NCBI GenBank assembly: GCA_022605425.2
Contig: JAKIMF020000013.1
Coordinates: 372,001 to 436,000, forward strand
Origin: Hamiltosporidium tvaerminnensis FI-OER-3-3
Taxonomy: Eukaryota > Fungi > Microsporidia
Reading direction: 5' to 3'
DNA length: 64,000 nucleotides
Positions 60,289 to 64,000 of the stretch are shown one piece after another. Position numbers and translations under genes: made by a program. Under the pieces are notes generated by a model that saw only the letters and a list, made by a program, of their open reading frames with translations, was not told where the DNA came from and searched no databases. Each line of letters starts with the position of its first letter. The first letter of the stretch is position 1.

Positions 60289-61172
60289 CTAATTGCCCAT
60301 CAGAATTACTTGATTTTCATTTGTCTCCATTGAATGATCTAATTCGTAATTTGCGAGAAAATATAGTTGAATTGAAAAAATCAAAAGCAGCATTAAAATT
60401 AAAAATTTGAGTAGCTCACGTAGTAAAATGAATCTTATTAAAAATAGAAAATCATTTTTAGGTTTGAAACCAAGAAGAACCATTTCTGATAATTCTCTAA
60501 TTATAATTATAAAGATAAAAAATATTGATACAATCTTATATTTTATGATTCCTTGGCTTCCTATATAATAAAACGGAAATTCTATTATCAATAAACATGT
60601 ATATATCCAATCTATCTGTGTCAAGAGCAAATTACTTTCCCTCCATCTTATTTTCATCAAAAATGTAGAAAAATTCCAAACATAAAAAAAGTTTCTTAAG
60701 GCTCTAACAGCTTTTGAAATCTAAATTAGAAAAAAATACTTACCAAATAAGAATTTCTAGAAAATATTTCAATGCCAATTATACTACGTCGGTTCCATAA
60801 TGTACTGATCTTTACTCGATTAATTTCAATTGTATATACGTATCCAAATAACATATTTAAAGATATTTGCAATAAAATTATTAAATCTATTCCATTACAA
60901 ATAATCTGTTCTATTTTAAACAAAATAATATTAATCTTTACTACTACAAAAACATAGATATATTCTATTTTGTAGCAGAACAATATTGCCATTAAAAAAT
61001 ATGTGCGGTAAACGAAGCACAAAAAAGACGAATAAATATCGTAATTGGCAATATATTCTTCTGTGTTTTTAGTAAATTTAATGGAATTGTAATGTTTTTT
61101 ATAGATTAGTATTTCTAATACAAGGAAAATTAGAGTATTTACCATCATTGAAATAAAAAGCTTCAGTTTCAT
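60289..61172 (-). pseudogene. Multi-pass membrane protein split over two frames (frameshifted gene or two small genes)
   Basis: Two consecutive hydrophobic ORFs (60726-61172 and 60289-60660) in different frames, 65 bp apart. No family recognised. Confidence 0.4.
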
Positions 61173-63915
61173 TTATTTATTATTGACTTGTAATTTTTTT
61201 TATTTAAAAAATTAAAGATTTTTTACAAATTAATTTTTAAAGATATAATCATTTTTTTTCTAGATATAGATATTTTAATTAATGATATAAACAATGAAAT
61301 TCTAGCGCAATTAAAATTATAATTTTATTTTTTATAAATTCAAACAAAATCAAAAATACATTGGAATTCAAAATTGATTTGTTTATAACGATATGTTGAA
61401 CCTAAAACATTCTAGAATGTACCATAGTTTTAAATCGGTATTTCGAATTTTATAAGAGGAATCTTGTTTAAATCTTAAATAATTTAAGAAAAAAACTTAA
61501 ATTAATTTTTTAAAACTTTGATAAAATAAAATGCAAAGAAGTAATTAAAAATGGGGGAAACCTACCACCTAATTCATTTAACTTAATCAAAAAAAATTTT
61601 TGAATTCTGATTAATTTTGTTGTAAATAGAAAATTTAATATTTTGTTAAATTTCGAAATTATTTGATCAAATTTTTTTAAAAAAAAGTTGGTTTTAGGAA
61701 GTGTATTCTATTTTTTTAGGAAATATTAGATTTTTATTTGATATATAAATCTTAATATGTGTTAATTTTAAGAATTTGAGTCTATTTTTTGAAATAGAAA
61801 ATCTAATATTTTTTTCTACTTTGAATTTATTTGTTTTCTTTTGGATTTAATTGATTAAATATTTATTATGATTTTCAAAAATAATATTTGTGTTAATGCT
61901 TAGATTATTCGAAGGAAAGGTTAATCTCTAAATAAAAATACTAATTGAAATCTACGTATAATTTTAATTTCAAAAATATATATTCCAAGCATGAAAATGT
62001 TAGATATTTGCTAATTCAAAAAATAAGCTCGTGTTTTATAAAAAAATATTTTTTTGATGATTAACATTTATTTAAATCACAGGGTTTAAATAAACTTAAA
62101 TGGCTTGAATATTTTACTTTTTCTAAAAAATAAGTTTTAACCGATTTAATTCGATTTTTAAAATTACTGCCTTCTTGAGTGGACAAAAAAATTATTACGA
62201 TTTAGAATGTAGACATCACACCTTGAAGTATTTTTTTGGTTACATCATTAAAATTTTTAATGGCTTTTTAATAAATTGCCACATTGTCTTACAAAAATAC
62301 AAGATTCTTCAAACATATTTCGAATTAAATTTTTTTGGCATATTTTACATAGAATCTACTTTATATGTTAGGTATGTTAATATGGTTTTCGCTGGGTAAC
62401 TTAAAACTGGACCATTCGGTTTTAAGAATCGATCTCTCATTACTTTAAACGTATAGATTAATATTAAAAGAAGAATATAACTGCCTAAAATATGAACAGT
62501 CGATCTTCATAAACTAAAAATAACTATAAAATGTTTTGGGAATCATTGTACCGCAAAAAATAGGAAGCCATAAATCAATGTAAAATTTAAATTTAAAAAA
62601 TAACCTAAATAACCGGAATTTCTATTCAGCGATTCAATTTAAAATGGTATAAAAAACGCCTTAGAGAGCTTCGATTAATCTGTTATTAAATTTTTTAGCT
62701 TTAAATAGAAAATGTTTACCAAAATGTTTGTATAATTTCTCCAAGCATAATTAATTTTTTTATCCAATTTATTAGTTAATCGCTTCTATTTCTAATTATC
62801 TTCGTGTTGTATTCAACTTGAATATTCTGATCTGATTCATTTACATTCACTTCAAATTTTATGATGTAAAAATTTTTTCCGCTGGGGTTTTGTGTAATTT
62901 ATACCTTAGACAGAAACATAGCTTTTTCGATCCTTCATAATTATTTCAAATGAAGTTAGAACGCATATACTTAAACGTTTTATCAGACACAATAGTCTAC
63001 TGATGGAATAAAAAAATTCATTCCCATGAATGGTTCGATATCTAATCGGTATAATCTTTATCTTTCGGATAATAGATGTTTTTGTTAGGCTTACATTTAA
63101 AGTTCAAATTAAAAGTGTTAAAAATGCTTAAATAATAGTGCGAAGTTTTTATGTGCATGTGTAGCATGTTCTCGTCTATTGGAAAAAGCAAAAGGTGAAA
63201 AAAAAAACATTTTCAAAAAACTACAAACAAAGCCTGGCGGTTTTGATATCCTATCGATTTTTATTTATTTGGTTCTTATTTGTATCTAGTTCTTGAAAAA
63301 ATAAAAATTAGGCATTTTAATATGACATATCAAGTAATTAAATAAAGATTGCTTTTTAAACTATTTTATAAACCCTTGTAAATCAAAATAAATGAAGGAT
63401 TTGATATTTTATGATAAATTTATCAATGATGCTTACACATAAGTATTGAAAATAATTGAATGACTAAGATATTTACAAAAAGATTAAAAATAACTTTAAT
63501 GTTCATTTCGCCTAATAGTAATTGAGTATTTTTGTTTGATTTGATTTGAAGCAAAATATATTTTTTTAGAAAAATATATGGCGTTAGATGCAATTTTTAT
63601 AGTCTGTTTTCGAAAACCGGATTAAATCTCTTCTATTTATTCAGAAATCATTGGCTGGTAATTATTATAGCAGAAAAAAATTGCGGCTAATATTTATTTA
63701 ACATATGGATTTCATAAAATAAAATACATGAGCCCTATAAAAGTTTTGTTGAAAAAAATATAAACATATAAATGAATTCGAACAGCTAATTACCCTTGAA
63801 ACAAATTAAAAAACATTTCGTCCTCTAAAAACTAGACAATCTGCTTTTATTGATAACTTATCGGATTTATGTGATATAGTTTTTCTAAAATATAAATGTA
63901 TTTTAAAACCAGCTA

Positions 63916-64000
63916 GTCGAGAGATGATATATATCCACATAAAAAACTTTCTGCTTGGCAATGAGTGTGTGAAACTGGTGTGGGGTCATTGTTTGGATTT
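63916..64000 (+). mobile_element. Start of a seventh copy of the 720-nt element (runs off the window)
   Basis: CCACATAAAAAACTTTCTGCTTGGCAATGAGTGTGTGAAACTGGTGTG is identical to the reverse complement of ~57802-57849. Confidence 0.9.

Overview
Very AT-rich, gene-sparse eukaryotic DNA, most consistent with a large-genome microsporidian. This is an inference from the compact, divergent, apparently intronless genes and from CCC/GGG-type triplets just upstream of several ATGs. Recognisable genes are a homeobox TF, a forkhead TF, a divergent Atg9-like protein, a membrane-anchored USP deubiquitinase, an RFC small subunit, Med6, a Prp4-like WD40 protein and a GRASP55/65 (Grh1) protein with repeat expansions. 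There are also a disrupted ABCG-type transporter, a triad of paralogous small type-I membrane proteins and several orphan secreted proteins. Mobile DNA includes one near-full-length but disrupted RLE-type (R4/Dong-like) non-LTR retrotransposon, two 3'-end fragments of it, an older relic, and several tandem arrays. The most striking unexplained signal is a ~720-nt non-coding element found 7 times in the window. It is GC-richer than background and shows nested base-pairing that favours one strand. Its best-preserved copy is flanked by a 15-bp target-site duplication. It is a candidate structured-RNA, SINE-like retroelement possibly mobilised by the resident LINE. All calls come from reading the sequence by eye; no searches were run.
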